From: a bacterium
GTDB taxonomy: Bacteria > Patescibacteriota > Minisyncoccia > Phycocordibacterales > UBA9973
Direction: 5' to 3'
Assembly (NCBI GenBank): GCA_037130655.1
Contig: JBAXSP010000004.1
Span: 337-64,336, forward strand
Length of the DNA: 64,000 nucleotides
Below the pieces are notes generated by a model, which did not search any database, was not told the origin of the DNA, and worked only from the letters and a program-made list of their open reading frames with translations. The position numbers were made by a program, and so were the translations under genes. Below are positions 29,162-38,353 of the stretch, in pieces. How positions within the stretch are numbered: the stretch's first letter is position 1; the number at the start of each line of letters is the position of its first letter.

Positions 29162-29348
29162 CAAAAAAAACGTAGTTTTTCCTGTCTCCGCAAGTGTTTT
29201 CCTTAGAAAACACGAGGACGGACTCGAAAAGCTTTTGTAGTAGATTTCGGGCACCATAAAGAAATCTACTCAAAAGCTGTACTGTTCCTGTAAGGAACGA
29301 GTCCTGGCAGGTGCACCAAATAGTAAGTTTACTTATAAGTCCTTAATA

Positions 29349-29376
29349 TAAAAGCCGGTCTTTAAGACCGGCTTTT
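29349..29376 (+). terminator. Intrinsic terminator downstream of tRNA-Arg and its partial copy
   Basis: aaaagccggtctttaagaccggcttttat. Confidence 0.65.
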
Positions 29377-29606
29377 ATATTAGAGACTTCCTTTTTATCC
29401 CCTTATTTTTACTGATAATTTTATTGAAACTGTGGATAACTCTGTGTATATTGTGTATAAGACAGTCTCTTTGGTATGAAGGTCAAATGTATTTTATAAT
29501 AAAAAACCTTTATTTTATAAGCTTTTTTATAAAAAGACGACCAATATGTAGGTTTTTAGACTTTTACACACAGGACTTTTATTCACAAACGTATAATTAA
29601 GAATAT

Positions 29607-30002
29607 ATGCCAAAAGTTTTTACTTCGAAAACACAAAAACTTGGTGAAATAGGGGAGAATCTAGCTTGTGCGTTTCTTATGAAACACGGTTTTTCTATTG
29701 TTGAGCGTAATTTCACCATTTCTTCTGGTGAAATTGATATTATTGCAAAGAAAAAGGGGATTATTCACTTTGTAGAAGTAAAATCAGCTTCTGCAAACTT
29801 CAATCACAGCGTTACACGTGCAACAACCGTTGATCCTATGGAAAACATGCATCCTATGAAAATGAAGAAATTCCTCCGAGTGGTACAGACATATTTATTA
29901 AACAAAGATATATCTGAAGATTTTTCTATAGATTTAGCCATTGTGTATATAGATGAAGTTAAAAAACAGGGGAAAGTAGAGCTGTTTGAAAATATTGCAT
30001 AA
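29607..30002 (+). CDS. YraN-family (UPF0102) endonuclease-like protein
   Basis: GEIGENLACAFLMKHGFSIVERNF...GEIDIIA...HFVEVKS matches the YraN/UPF0102 signature. Confidence 0.7.
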   Translation: MPKVFTSKTQKLGEIGENLACAFLMKHGFSIVERNFTISSGEIDIIAKKKGIIHFVEVKSASANFNHSVTRATTVDPMENMHPMKMKKFLRVVQTYLLNKDISEDFSIDLAIVYIDEVKKQGKVELFENIA

Positions 30003-30007
30003 TCTAA

Positions 30008-30045
30008 ATAAAAAAAACCCTGCTTTCACAGGGTTTAAGGTTTTG
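30008..30045 (+). terminator. Intrinsic terminator after the yraN-like gene
   Basis: aaaaaaaaccctgctttcacagggttt. Confidence 0.6.
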
Positions 30046-30056
30046 TTGTTGAGATA

Positions 30057-30581
30057 TTATCTATCTAACAACATAATTTGATTTGATCCATCTACTTTCA
30101 CAAGTAGATAACCAAGCTGACCATCTACATACTGGTGACTAATAGTGTAATCACCAGATAACCAAGCTGTTGGAACTTTTCTTGTTTGAGTTACCCAAAC
30201 ATCTTGATTAGGGAGAGGAAAGTTCATCCTAATTACAGGAACAGGACCATTCCCCAGATCAACATATGTCTCAATCATTTGAGCGGATATATACTGATCA
30301 CCAGGAAGTTTGTTACCGTCTTCATCCAAAACAGATGTGTCGGGTAGGTAATACAAACCAGCCAAACTGTCTTTGAAGGAAATCTTCCATTTTGACTGGC
30401 CGTATTGTGTATAACCCAAACCAAACCTGTTAACATTTACACCCTCAGCAAACCAAAGAGGGAACTCTTTGCCTGAAAGTTGTTTATCTTTTTCAGGTAA
30501 AGTAATCACTGTCGGTTTTTTTCTGCAACCAGTAACAGCTATTGTCACCAATAGAATCGTTAAATATATTGTATTTTTCAT
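30057..30581 (-). CDS. Hypothetical lipoprotein
   Basis: 174 aa with signal peptide and lipobox (LTILLVTIAVTGC). Confidence 0.5.
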   Translation of the reverse strand: MKNTIYLTILLVTIAVTGCRKKPTVITLPEKDKQLSGKEFPLWFAEGVNVNRFGLGYTQYGQSKWKISFKDSLAGLYYLPDTSVLDEDGNKLPGDQYISAQMIETYVDLGNGPVPVIRMNFPLPNQDVWVTQTRKVPTAWLSGDYTISHQYVDGQLGYLLVKVDGSNQIMLLDR

Positions 30582-30654
30582 GTGCCTTTATTTAATTGTA
30601 CTTATATTATATCAAATAAATAATAAAAAGTCAATGGCATATTGTATAGATTTA

Positions 30655-30711
30655 GACTTCCCGCACATAAGAAAAACCCTCAATATTGAGGGTTTTTCTT
30701 ATGTGCGGGAT
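30655..30711 (-). terminator. Long perfect hairpin (24-bp stem) formed by the tRNA-Gly(TCC) 3' trailer folding back onto the tRNA acceptor/T-stem 3' strand
   Basis: cccgcacataagaaaaaccctcaa-tatt-gagggtttttcttatgtgcggg. The right arm is the tRNA 3' end itself. Confidence 0.6.
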
Positions 30712-30774
30712 AAGAGAATCGAACTCTTGTCCCCTGCTTGGAAGGCAGGTATTCTACCACTAAACCAATCCCGC
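30704..30774 (-). tRNA. tRNA-Gly (anticodon TCC)
   Basis: Acceptor GCGGGAT/ATCCCGC perfect, anticodon loop CTTCCAA, T-arm AGAGTTCGATTCTCT. Confidence 0.75.
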
Positions 30775-30816
30775 ATAAGTTGAACTAAAACTTACTATTT
30801 AACTATCATTTCTTAG

Positions 30817-30887
30817 TCGGGGTGCCGAGAATCGAACTCGGCTCTCACGGTCCCAAACCGCGTATACTACCGATGTACTACACCCCG
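30817..30887 (-). tRNA. tRNA-Pro (anticodon TGG)
   Basis: Acceptor CGGGGTG/CACCCCG, anticodon loop TTTGGGA, T-arm CCGAGTTCGATTCTCGG. Confidence 0.75.
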
Positions 30888-30993
30888 ATTAAGCATTAGC
30901 CCAACTGATGATCATCATACCATATTCATGTTTTTTTTCAACTTTTCTCATAAAAAACAGCCCGAAGGGCTGTTTTAAAGAATAGATTATTTG

Positions 30994-32001
30994 TTATTGC
31001 TTACGAAACGTTCTAAATACCGGTTTTTCATTTTCATCAGAGGATGAAAAGAAATATGTTCCAGGGCTTAGACCGTTTAAATCAATATTCGTCTGACTAG
31101 TAGTACCGACAAATACCTTTCTCCCGCTAACATCAATAATGGTTACTGTTTTCCCGGATGGAAAACCTGATAATATCAAGTTATTAGCGACAGGATTAGG
31201 GAAAATACTTATCACCGGAACGGTTTGTTGACCGACGGTAATTGTAGTAAATTTTTCTGTTCTGCCGTTTAAATCAACTTCGATCAAACGATAATAACAA
31301 AATTCATCCACCATATCTGTGAAAGAATATGTTTGAAGTGTATTACTTGTACCAACGGCCTTTATTTGAGCTATTGGAACAAAATTAATACCATCAAAAC
31401 TTCTTTCTACAGAAAAATAGTCTGCATTCTGCTCAGCCGCAGTCTGCCAAATAAGTAGATTCTTACCATTTTGAGCTGTCCCTTTGAAGGAAACAATGTT
31501 CACTGGCAATGGCTCATTGCTTTTGTCAGTAAATGTTCCGGCAGAGATACCTGCCTGTAGGGAATTGGTATTCCACGTTAGATCGGTGTTGTCCGAAGAC
31601 GTACCGCTATTTGCAAATACAACAGTGCACAAGTCAGTAAAACTCGTAGGAATAGCGATTCTCGAAACAGGGGCCGTTATGGTGAGACTACAGATACCTG
31701 TAGTGTTATCATAATTGGCATTTAATGAATAACCGGTCCACGCAGGATCCATTGACGAAGTTGTAATTGAAGTAACTTTACTGAAATTTGATATCGTAAA
31801 AACAAAAATATTTACATCAAGACTATCCAAAGAAGACAGCCTGATTTGAGGAGTGACCGTGAGGCTAGTAGCCGACACAGAAGAGGATACAAACTTTCCG
31901 TCCATGGTTGTTTGGGCAGATACTGACATGCAGATGCAAAGCATTGCGAGGGCGATTGAATATATTTTTTTCATTGTAATAACTGGATTTATTTCCTTCA
32001 T
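30994..32001 (-). CDS. Secreted protein with C-terminal T9SS-type (Por secretion tail) sorting domain
   Basis: 335 aa with a signal peptide. The C-terminal ~75 aa (ISIFPNPVANNLILSGFPSGKTVTIIDVSGRKVFVGTTSQTNIDLNGLSPGTYFFSS...) fit the Por_Secre_tail/TIGR04183 pattern (FPNPa...l.i......v.i.d..Gr.v.......id.s.L..G.Yf). Confidence 0.55.
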   Translation of the reverse strand: MKEINPVITMKKIYSIALAMLCICMSVSAQTTMDGKFVSSSVSATSLTVTPQIRLSSLDSLDVNIFVFTISNFSKVTSITTSSMDPAWTGYSLNANYDNTTGICSLTITAPVSRIAIPTSFTDLCTVVFANSGTSSDNTDLTWNTNSLQAGISAGTFTDKSNEPLPVNIVSFKGTAQNGKNLLIWQTAAEQNADYFSVERSFDGINFVPIAQIKAVGTSNTLQTYSFTDMVDEFCYYRLIEVDLNGRTEKFTTITVGQQTVPVISIFPNPVANNLILSGFPSGKTVTIIDVSGRKVFVGTTSQTNIDLNGLSPGTYFFSSSDENEKPVFRTFRKQ

Positions 32002-32040
32002 TACTATATATCAGATAAATGGTTTTGTAAAGAAAAACCC

Positions 32041-33138
32041 TCAGACAAGCTGAGGGTTGGGTTTTTTACCTAATTTTTTCAAAACTACATAATGTGAATA
32101 AAGAGCGTCCCAGAATGTAGGGAATTCGTTGTAAGGAAGATTACCTTCTTTACAAACCTGTTTTACAAATACACTGATTTCTGGATAACGATCGTGACTA
32201 ATTTTGTGTTCGAGATGGTGTTCAATTTGACGATTCAAGCCACCTGCATACCATCTCCAAAACTTACTATTTGGTGCAAAATTTGCAGTGGTCAGAATTT
32301 GATGCACCGCGTTTTCATGTGGGATAACATTGTGTTCCATTCCCAAACTTGCAGGAGTGTCAACCATATCGGTCAGATCAACGACATGTGCCAATTGAAA
32401 GACAGTGCTGATGATAAGTCCGACCGAAAAAGCAATAATTCCATATGCAACAAAAACTTCTGTCCATGAGTAACCGAAGAAGTAGTGAGGCATGAGAATA
32501 AAAATTGCAACATGTAATACTTTGCTCAACCAAAAAATGAAATGGTCTTTTATTTTGAAATTTAGTTTCGCAGGACCAACACGTCCGTTAAAATAATTTG
32601 CAAAATCTGAATACCAAATCCATGTAAGATATCCGAAGACACCGTAAACCAACCACATGTACACATGCTGGAATTTCATCCAAGGCTTCCATTTTTGTGA
32701 TGGATGAAGTCGTGCAATAAACGGAATACTAATATCAGTATCGTATCCGTGTACATTTGTGTAAGTATGGTGGACCACATTGTGTTTTATTTTCCAAATT
32801 CTGATGTTGCCACCAAGAATATTGAGCCAAAAACCCATTGCGTCATTTATCCAACCCTTTTCAGAAAAAGATTCGTGACCACCATCATGCATTAAATTGA
32901 ACCCTATTCCTGCTATAACTGCTCCGAAAAACATCAAGAGTAGTATAGAAAAAAATAGCGGCAGATTAGTTGTTGCGAGCACAAAATATGAAATAGCCCA
33001 AAGGGACATAAAAATCCATGCTTTTGTATGCAACACATGCGTTCCCGTTGATCCATATTTTTTAAGATACGGATCAACAAGTTCCTTAAGTCTTTTTTTG
33101 AACCAAGGAGAGGTTGCTTTAAATATTAATTTTTCCAT
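32041..33138 (-). CDS. Membrane fatty-acid desaturase (His-box family)
   Basis: Three histidine boxes (HDGGHESF, HNVVHHTYTN, QIEHHLEH) and multiple TM helices. Confidence 0.8.
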   Translation of the reverse strand: MEKLIFKATSPWFKKRLKELVDPYLKKYGSTGTHVLHTKAWIFMSLWAISYFVLATTNLPLFFSILLLMFFGAVIAGIGFNLMHDGGHESFSEKGWINDAMGFWLNILGGNIRIWKIKHNVVHHTYTNVHGYDTDISIPFIARLHPSQKWKPWMKFQHVYMWLVYGVFGYLTWIWYSDFANYFNGRVGPAKLNFKIKDHFIFWLSKVLHVAIFILMPHYFFGYSWTEVFVAYGIIAFSVGLIISTVFQLAHVVDLTDMVDTPASLGMEHNVIPHENAVHQILTTANFAPNSKFWRWYAGGLNRQIEHHLEHKISHDRYPEISVFVKQVCKEGNLPYNEFPTFWDALYSHYVVLKKLGKKPNPQLV

Positions 33139-33292
33139 ATCTATTTAAAAGAATTTTTCCTCTCAAATTATATCACTGTCTATAGAAAACAAAAATCACC
33201 CGAATGGGTGATTTTTGTTTTATGCCGACAATCTTACAAGCTATAGATCTTGTTTGATTTCCAATAAAAACAATTAATTAAATTTGTTTTTA

Positions 33293-33568
33293 TTATTTTG
33301 CAACAGCATCTTTGAGAGCTTTTGCTGCGCGGAATTTTGGAACTCGTGTTGCTGGAACACTTACAGACGCACCTGTTTTTGGGTTGCGAGCTGTACGTGC
33401 TGCACGCATTTTTACAGAGAAGATACCAAGTCCAGCGATACTTACTTCTTCGCCTTTCTTCAAAGTACCAACTACTGCGTCCAAGATACTATCGACAACC
33501 ATTTCAGCTTGTACTTTTGTACCGCCGATTTTCTCTTGTACGAGTTCTACAATTGCTGCTTTGTTCAT
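33293..33568 (-). CDS. hup: HU-family DNA-binding protein
   Basis: MNKAAIVELVQEKIGGTKVQAEMVVDSILDAVVGTLKKGEEVSIAGLGIFSVKMRAARTARNPKTGASVSVPATRVPKFRAAKALKDAVAK. The start was trimmed to the internal ATG at 33568. Confidence 0.9.
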   Translation of the reverse strand: MNKAAIVELVQEKIGGTKVQAEMVVDSILDAVVGTLKKGEEVSIAGLGIFSVKMRAARTARNPKTGASVSVPATRVPKFRAAKALKDAVAK

Positions 33569-33809
33569 AATAAATAAAATACTATGACTACTAATGAGCG
33601 ACCATTTCGACAGACAGCTTATGCGTTCGCCTAAGCTGTTTACATTATATCCAAGTTTTACAAGGGGATGCAAGGGCTTTACTGTTGACAAGTTTTTGAA
33701 ACAATATAGAAGTATTTTGATAATTAGAACAAAAAAAGAGCACTAATTTCGTTCGTGCTCTTTTTTCTATCTATATTCTGAAATACTATATTCTGATTTA
33801 CTTTTTGTT

Positions 33810-35339
33810 CTACCGTGCGAATTCGATAATTCGATTCTCACGAATGACGGTAATCTTGATTTCACCAGGGAATTTGAGTTCTTGCTCGATTTTTTTAACA
33901 ATATCACGTGCCAAATGTTTAGCTTCGATATCAGAAACACTGTCAGGGGAGACAAAGATACGAACTTCACGTCCCGCAGAGATAGCATATGACCTCTCAA
34001 CACCCTTGAAACCATTAATGATTCCTTCGAGGTCTGCCAGTCGTTTCAAGTAATTCTCAACAGTATCACGACGTGCTCCTGGGCGCCCACCAGAGATATA
34101 GTCTGCGGTCTGCACAATCACTGCCTCAATACTTTCATGAGGACAATCGTCATGGTGAGATTTCATTGCGGTGATAATACGTGGATCTGCACCAAATTTT
34201 TCAAGAATACGAATACCGATATCGATATGTGTTCCCTGAACTTCGTGATCAAGTGCTTTTCCGATGTCGTGCACCAATGCACCCGCCTTGGCGATTGCAA
34301 CATCAGCACCAAGCTCTTCTGCAAGCATTCCTGCAATATGCACCATTTCAATCGAGTGCTGAAGTACATTTTGTCCATAACTGGTACGGAAATGCAATCT
34401 TCCAACAATAGCTACGATACGAGGGTCAAGATTGAAGATTCCACATTCATAGACGGCTCGTTCTCCTTCTTCTTTCATAATCTTGTTAATTTCCTCTCGA
34501 GCCTTATCGAGTGTTTCCTCGATTTTTGCTGGCTGGATACGTCCATCAGAAATAAGATTTTCCAATGCTACACGAGCAACTTGCCGACGAACAGGGTCAA
34601 ATGAAGAAATAACAATCGTACCCGGAGTATCATCAATAATGAGCTCGACGCCGGCTGCACGTTCGAAAGACCGAATATTACGTCCTTCTTTTCCAATAAT
34701 CTTACCTTTGATGTCCTCTGAAGGAATATTCACGACGGTAGTCAGATGTTCTTGGGCGGTAGAAGATGAAAGCCGATGAATGGTGGTGGTCAAAATTTCT
34801 TTGGCACGACGATTCAACTTTTCTTCATTTTCACATTCAAGCTTACGGGTGCGAATCATCAGATCTTCTGCATAATCGCGCTCAATATCTTTTTCAAGGA
34901 TTACTTTCGCTTCTTCTTTTGAAAGACCAGCGATTTTTTGGATTTCTTTGATTTTTCCAGCTTCAAGCTCTGAAACATTTGTCTTGATAACTTTGATTTC
35001 TTCAATTTGATCTTTCAAATGATCGGCTTCCTTGTCGAGCTCGATTTGACGAGCGTCGAGATATTCTTCTTTTTTAACCAAACGAACTTCAGTTTTCTTC
35101 CATTCATCTGTTTTTGTTTTTTCGAGCTCTTTGAGCTCTTCTTCTTTTTCTTCTGCTTTCGTGCGGGCTTCTTCGGTAATACGAGCAACTTCTTCTTTTG
35201 CACTCAAAATCATTTGCTTGATTTCAAGGTCAATAGAACCTCGTTTTGCCATCGTTAGCAGGAGACGGATAAAATATCCAGCTCCTCCTCCGAGAATAAA
35301 AGCTAGCAGCACAAAGGCTGTTTCGACGGTAAATACCAT
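33810..35339 (-). CDS. rny: Ribonuclease Y
   Basis: N-terminal TM, coiled coil, KH domain (IIGKEGRNIRSFERAAGVELIIDD) and HD domain (HSIEMVHIAGMLAEELGADVAIAKAGALVHDIGK). Confidence 0.9.
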   Translation of the reverse strand: MVFTVETAFVLLAFILGGGAGYFIRLLLTMAKRGSIDLEIKQMILSAKEEVARITEEARTKAEEKEEELKELEKTKTDEWKKTEVRLVKKEEYLDARQIELDKEADHLKDQIEEIKVIKTNVSELEAGKIKEIQKIAGLSKEEAKVILEKDIERDYAEDLMIRTRKLECENEEKLNRRAKEILTTTIHRLSSSTAQEHLTTVVNIPSEDIKGKIIGKEGRNIRSFERAAGVELIIDDTPGTIVISSFDPVRRQVARVALENLISDGRIQPAKIEETLDKAREEINKIMKEEGERAVYECGIFNLDPRIVAIVGRLHFRTSYGQNVLQHSIEMVHIAGMLAEELGADVAIAKAGALVHDIGKALDHEVQGTHIDIGIRILEKFGADPRIITAMKSHHDDCPHESIEAVIVQTADYISGGRPGARRDTVENYLKRLADLEGIINGFKGVERSYAISAGREVRIFVSPDSVSDIEAKHLARDIVKKIEQELKFPGEIKITVIRENRIIEFAR

Positions 35340-35535
35340 ATTTTTATATGCTAAGAAAACACCGATTCTATATACCGGCGGACATCAGAAATAATATGTC
35401 TTAAGAAATATACTGCTTTGAGATACATAATTTGAGATTGGAATAAACGGCATATCGGTCAATAAGGAATTTCGGAAATTTCAGAAAGGATGTCTTTTTA
35501 GACTTAATTAAGAGTAACAAAATAAATATAACAGA

Positions 35536-35660
35536 ATAATGACCAATGTTCAATGACCAGTGACAAATAATTCGAATCAAAAGAGCGAAGCCGTAGGCTT
35601 CGCTCTTTATTATTTGGTGATTTTAATTAGTCATTGGTCACTAGTCATTAGACATTACTT
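35536..35660. repeat. Heptamer-array/terminator composite element, copy 6 (abuts the clpP stop codon)
   Basis: ataatgaccaatgttcaatgaccagtgacaaat / aaagagcgaagccgtaggcttcgctcttt / ttaattagtcattggtcactagtcattagacatt. Confidence 0.75.
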
Positions 35661-36239
35661 CTTCTTGTTTCCCATTACATCATCAATCAATCCGTATTTT
35701 TTTGATTCATCAGCACTCATCCAGTAATCACGATCACTGTCTTTTTCAATTTGTGCGTATGTCTTGCCGGTATTTTTTGCCAAGATTTTGTACAGATTTT
35801 CTTTGAGCTTGAGAATATGCTTTGCAGTAATTTCTACATCAGACGCTTGTCCTTCGATGCCAGTTAGTGGTTGGTGGATCATCACTTCAGAATTCGGTAA
35901 TGCAAAACGCTTACCTTTTGCACCAGCAGAGAGAATTATAGCCCCCATACTTGCCGCCATACCAATACAGATAGTAGAAACATCACATTTGATATGATTC
36001 ATTGTATCTAAAATCGCAAGACCTGATTGGATACTTCCTCCTGGAGAGTTGATGTAGAGAGAAATATCTTTCTTTGAATCAGAATGTTCCAAGAAAAGCA
36101 GTTGAGCGATAATAATATTTGCTACCTGGTCATCAATCGGACCACCGAGGAAAATAATACGTTCGTTCAAAAGGCGAGAGTAGATGTCATACGCTCGTTC
36201 GCCATTCATTGTTTTTTCGATAACTGTTGGGATTAACAT
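35655..36239 (-). CDS. clpP: ATP-dependent Clp protease proteolytic subunit
   Basis: [24 protein letters not shown]...[18 protein letters not shown]...[11 protein letters not shown]...MIHQP is the catalytic Ser-His core. Confidence 0.95.
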   Translation of the reverse strand: MLIPTVIEKTMNGERAYDIYSRLLNERIIFLGGPIDDQVANIIIAQLLFLEHSDSKKDISLYINSPGGSIQSGLAILDTMNHIKCDVSTICIGMAASMGAIILSAGAKGKRFALPNSEVMIHQPLTGIEGQASDVEITAKHILKLKENLYKILAKNTGKTYAQIEKDSDRDYWMSADESKKYGLIDDVMGNKKK

Positions 36240-36362
36240 AGGTAAGTTATAAAGTTAAAAATTCATAAAGTCTATAAAGTAGTGAGAACACTATAGCATT
36301 ATTTGGGGATTTTTCAACAAATAAAAACAACGACCACTGGTCGTTGTTTTTATTTGTTTTTA

Positions 36363-37430
36363 CTATTTCAATGCTTCCAAGAAATTCAACGCTTTATCAT
36401 TTGTCATTGTTTCATCAATGTATGACACTGCACGAGCTTTGTCGGCACCAGGATATTGTTTCAAGATTTCTTCTACTTGTTTTTCAACTTCTTCTTGTGA
36501 AGGTTTCAAATTTTCAGCCTTAGCGATTGCTTCGAGTGCCAATTTTCCAACAACACTTTTCTTTGCTTCACCCTTGATCTCTTCTCGCAAATCAGCTTCT
36601 TTTTTGTTGATACGAGTCATGTAGTCATCAAACAATAACCCCATTGATTCGATATCGTGCTTCATGCGTTGCAACATAATATCACTTTCACTTTGGATGA
36701 GCACTGCAGGGATTTCAACTTCTGTTGCGTCGATCAATGCATCCATAATCAATGTACGTACGCGAGATTTTTCACGTTGTTCTTTTTCAAGGGTAATATT
36801 TGCTTCAACTTTTGCGCGAAGTGCCGCAACATCATCAAAACCAAAACTCTTAGCGAATTCATCATTCAATTCTGGCAACATATCGTCTGTAATTTCGCCG
36901 TGTGAGTGATCATCATGATCATGTCCACCTTCTTCATGTAGTTTGTTGTGAGCACGCATTTCTTGCAATTGGCGCAATGTTTTTTCTACATCTTGATCAA
37001 GCGGTTGTTCGTTTTCATTGTTTTCAGTATCGTCTTTCTTCGAAATTGCTTCTTTTGCAATCTTTTTGTAGTCAGGAAGTGTAAATGAAGGCATCACGTC
37101 AGTAACAATCTTGAATTCCAATGGGTTTCCCTTGGCAATTTTAGTAATGATAACTTCTGGATAACCAATAGCATCAACTTTTTCGATAGTCAACATTTCC
37201 AAATAAACCGCTTCGATAGCCAATTCTGCCATTTTTTCAAACAGCACCATCTCTGATACTTCTTTTTCAACCATCGCTACTGGTACCTGTCCTTTGCGGA
37301 AACCTTTGACTTCCACCACTTGAGCGAATATCTCAAGCGCTTTTTGTTTGTAACTTTCTACTTTTTCCCATTCTAGTTGAGAAGCCAGTTCGATCTTTGA
37401 ATCTGGTAGTGTGTTTTTTGTGATTTTCAT
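36363..37430 (-). CDS. tig: Trigger factor (short form, apparently lacking a full PPIase domain; has a His/Asp-rich insert)
   Basis: The N-terminal ribosome-binding domain has the GFRKGQVP signature. 355 aa against ~430 aa in typical trigger factors. The insert is EEGGHDHDDHSHGE. Confidence 0.7.
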   Translation of the reverse strand: MKITKNTLPDSKIELASQLEWEKVESYKQKALEIFAQVVEVKGFRKGQVPVAMVEKEVSEMVLFEKMAELAIEAVYLEMLTIEKVDAIGYPEVIITKIAKGNPLEFKIVTDVMPSFTLPDYKKIAKEAISKKDDTENNENEQPLDQDVEKTLRQLQEMRAHNKLHEEGGHDHDDHSHGEITDDMLPELNDEFAKSFGFDDVAALRAKVEANITLEKEQREKSRVRTLIMDALIDATEVEIPAVLIQSESDIMLQRMKHDIESMGLLFDDYMTRINKKEADLREEIKGEAKKSVVGKLALEAIAKAENLKPSQEEVEKQVEEILKQYPGADKARAVSYIDETMTNDKALNFLEALK

Positions 37431-37470
37431 AGGCAGAGCATATCGTTTTCTTGCTTAAAAAGCAAGAAAA

Positions 37471-37594
37471 TAATGACTAATTACCAATGACCGATGACTA
37501 ATAATTTCGAACTAAAAAAAGCAAAACATTTCATGTTTCGCTTTTTTGGTTAATGTTGTTTTACTGGTCATTAGTCATTGGACACTAGTCATTG
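37471..37594. repeat. Heptamer-array/terminator composite element, copy 7
   Basis: taatgactaattaccaatgaccgatgactaataa / aaaaaagcaaaacatttcatgtttcgctttttt / ctggtcattagtcattggacactagtcattg. Confidence 0.75.
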
Positions 37595-37801
37595 TTCTAA
37601 TGTCTCACTATCTGTCGAAGAGGCAACAGAATCAAGTGTTGCAGTGTTTTCTTTGACCTCAAGATTGATTTGATCTGATACAGGATCTGAGGCGAGTGGT
37701 TTTTTATTTACCTTATTACTTATATACGAAAGAGAAACACCCCCTATAATTATAAGGAGTATTAAAATAACTAGTTTTTTTCCATTATTTGTCATTTGCA
37801 A
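37589..37801 (-). CDS. Small membrane-anchored hypothetical protein
   Basis: 70 aa with TM KLVILILLIIIGGVSLSYI. Confidence 0.35.
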   Translation of the reverse strand: MQMTNNGKKLVILILLIIIGGVSLSYISNKVNKKPLASDPVSDQINLEVKENTATLDSVASSTDSETLEQ

Positions 37802-38261
37802 TACTTATGACGATTGAACGGAGCAATTTATTACTGTCATTAGTATTGTCACGCAAAGAATTTATGGTGTTTTGTTTACTTGCAAAAAATTTTGCCGTTG
37901 GATCAATGATTTTGATAGAACTTAGTTCGTCGACATATGATTTTGCAAGTTCAATGTTTTTATTCACAATATCCCAATTTGTTTGTGTCTCTGTAGATAA
38001 AACTTTTCCGTTTGATGTATACTCAGCAATCATTTTTTCTACTTTTTGATAGCGTGCTTGTGTACGAAGCAGGGGAGACGCAAAAATACCATCGATCTTA
38101 TACGTACGAGCTTTTGGTTCGATAATTTCTACTGTAGAAGTTGCTTGAACTGTTGTTGATGTAGCTTTTGGAGTAATAGTGGTTGTTTTCTTAACAGTCA
38201 CAGCGTTTCCAATAAGAGGAAGAAAGAAGAGTGGCAACAAAAGAATAGAGATGTATTTCAT
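37785..38261 (-). CDS. Secreted hypothetical protein
   Basis: The start was trimmed to MKYISILLLPLFFLPLIGNA (signal peptide). Thr-rich region. Confidence 0.45.
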   Translation of the reverse strand: MKYISILLLPLFFLPLIGNAVTVKKTTTITPKATSTTVQATSTVEIIEPKARTYKIDGIFASPLLRTQARYQKVEKMIAEYTSNGKVLSTETQTNWDIVNKNIELAKSYVDELSSIKIIDPTAKFFASKQNTINSLRDNTNDSNKLLRSIVISIANDK

Positions 38262-38353
38262 AGAGTAAGTATACAACAAAGAAAAGTATAAGGAATTAGT
38301 ATAAGTATGAGGAAACAAAAGAGCGAAACCTTTCAGGTTTCGCTCTTTTGTTT

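Larger units (their letters stand above)
28776..29316. repeat. Symmetric composite locus in which each of the two divergent tRNAs is followed ~125 nt downstream by an 18-nt palindrome plus a copy of its own 3' end (T-loop to discriminator)
   Basis: 28776-28796 ttgtgcggggtaggagaatcg duplicates the tRNA-Gly 3' end, and 29298-29316 cgagtcctggcaggtgcac duplicates the tRNA-Arg 3' end. Both copies abut perfect inverted 18-mers cgttccttacaggaacag (28795-28812) and ctgttcctgtaaggaacg (29282-29299). The two ~125 nt spacers share conserved hairpins (gcaagtgttt..aaacacgag). Confidence 0.6.

Noticed and set aside
28839-29273. Small ORFs 28839..29045, 28942..29193 and 29085..29273 overlapping the tRNA-Gly/tRNA-Arg locus
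   Set aside because: These ORFs run through tRNA genes and their duplicated 3' ends, so they are non-coding by context.
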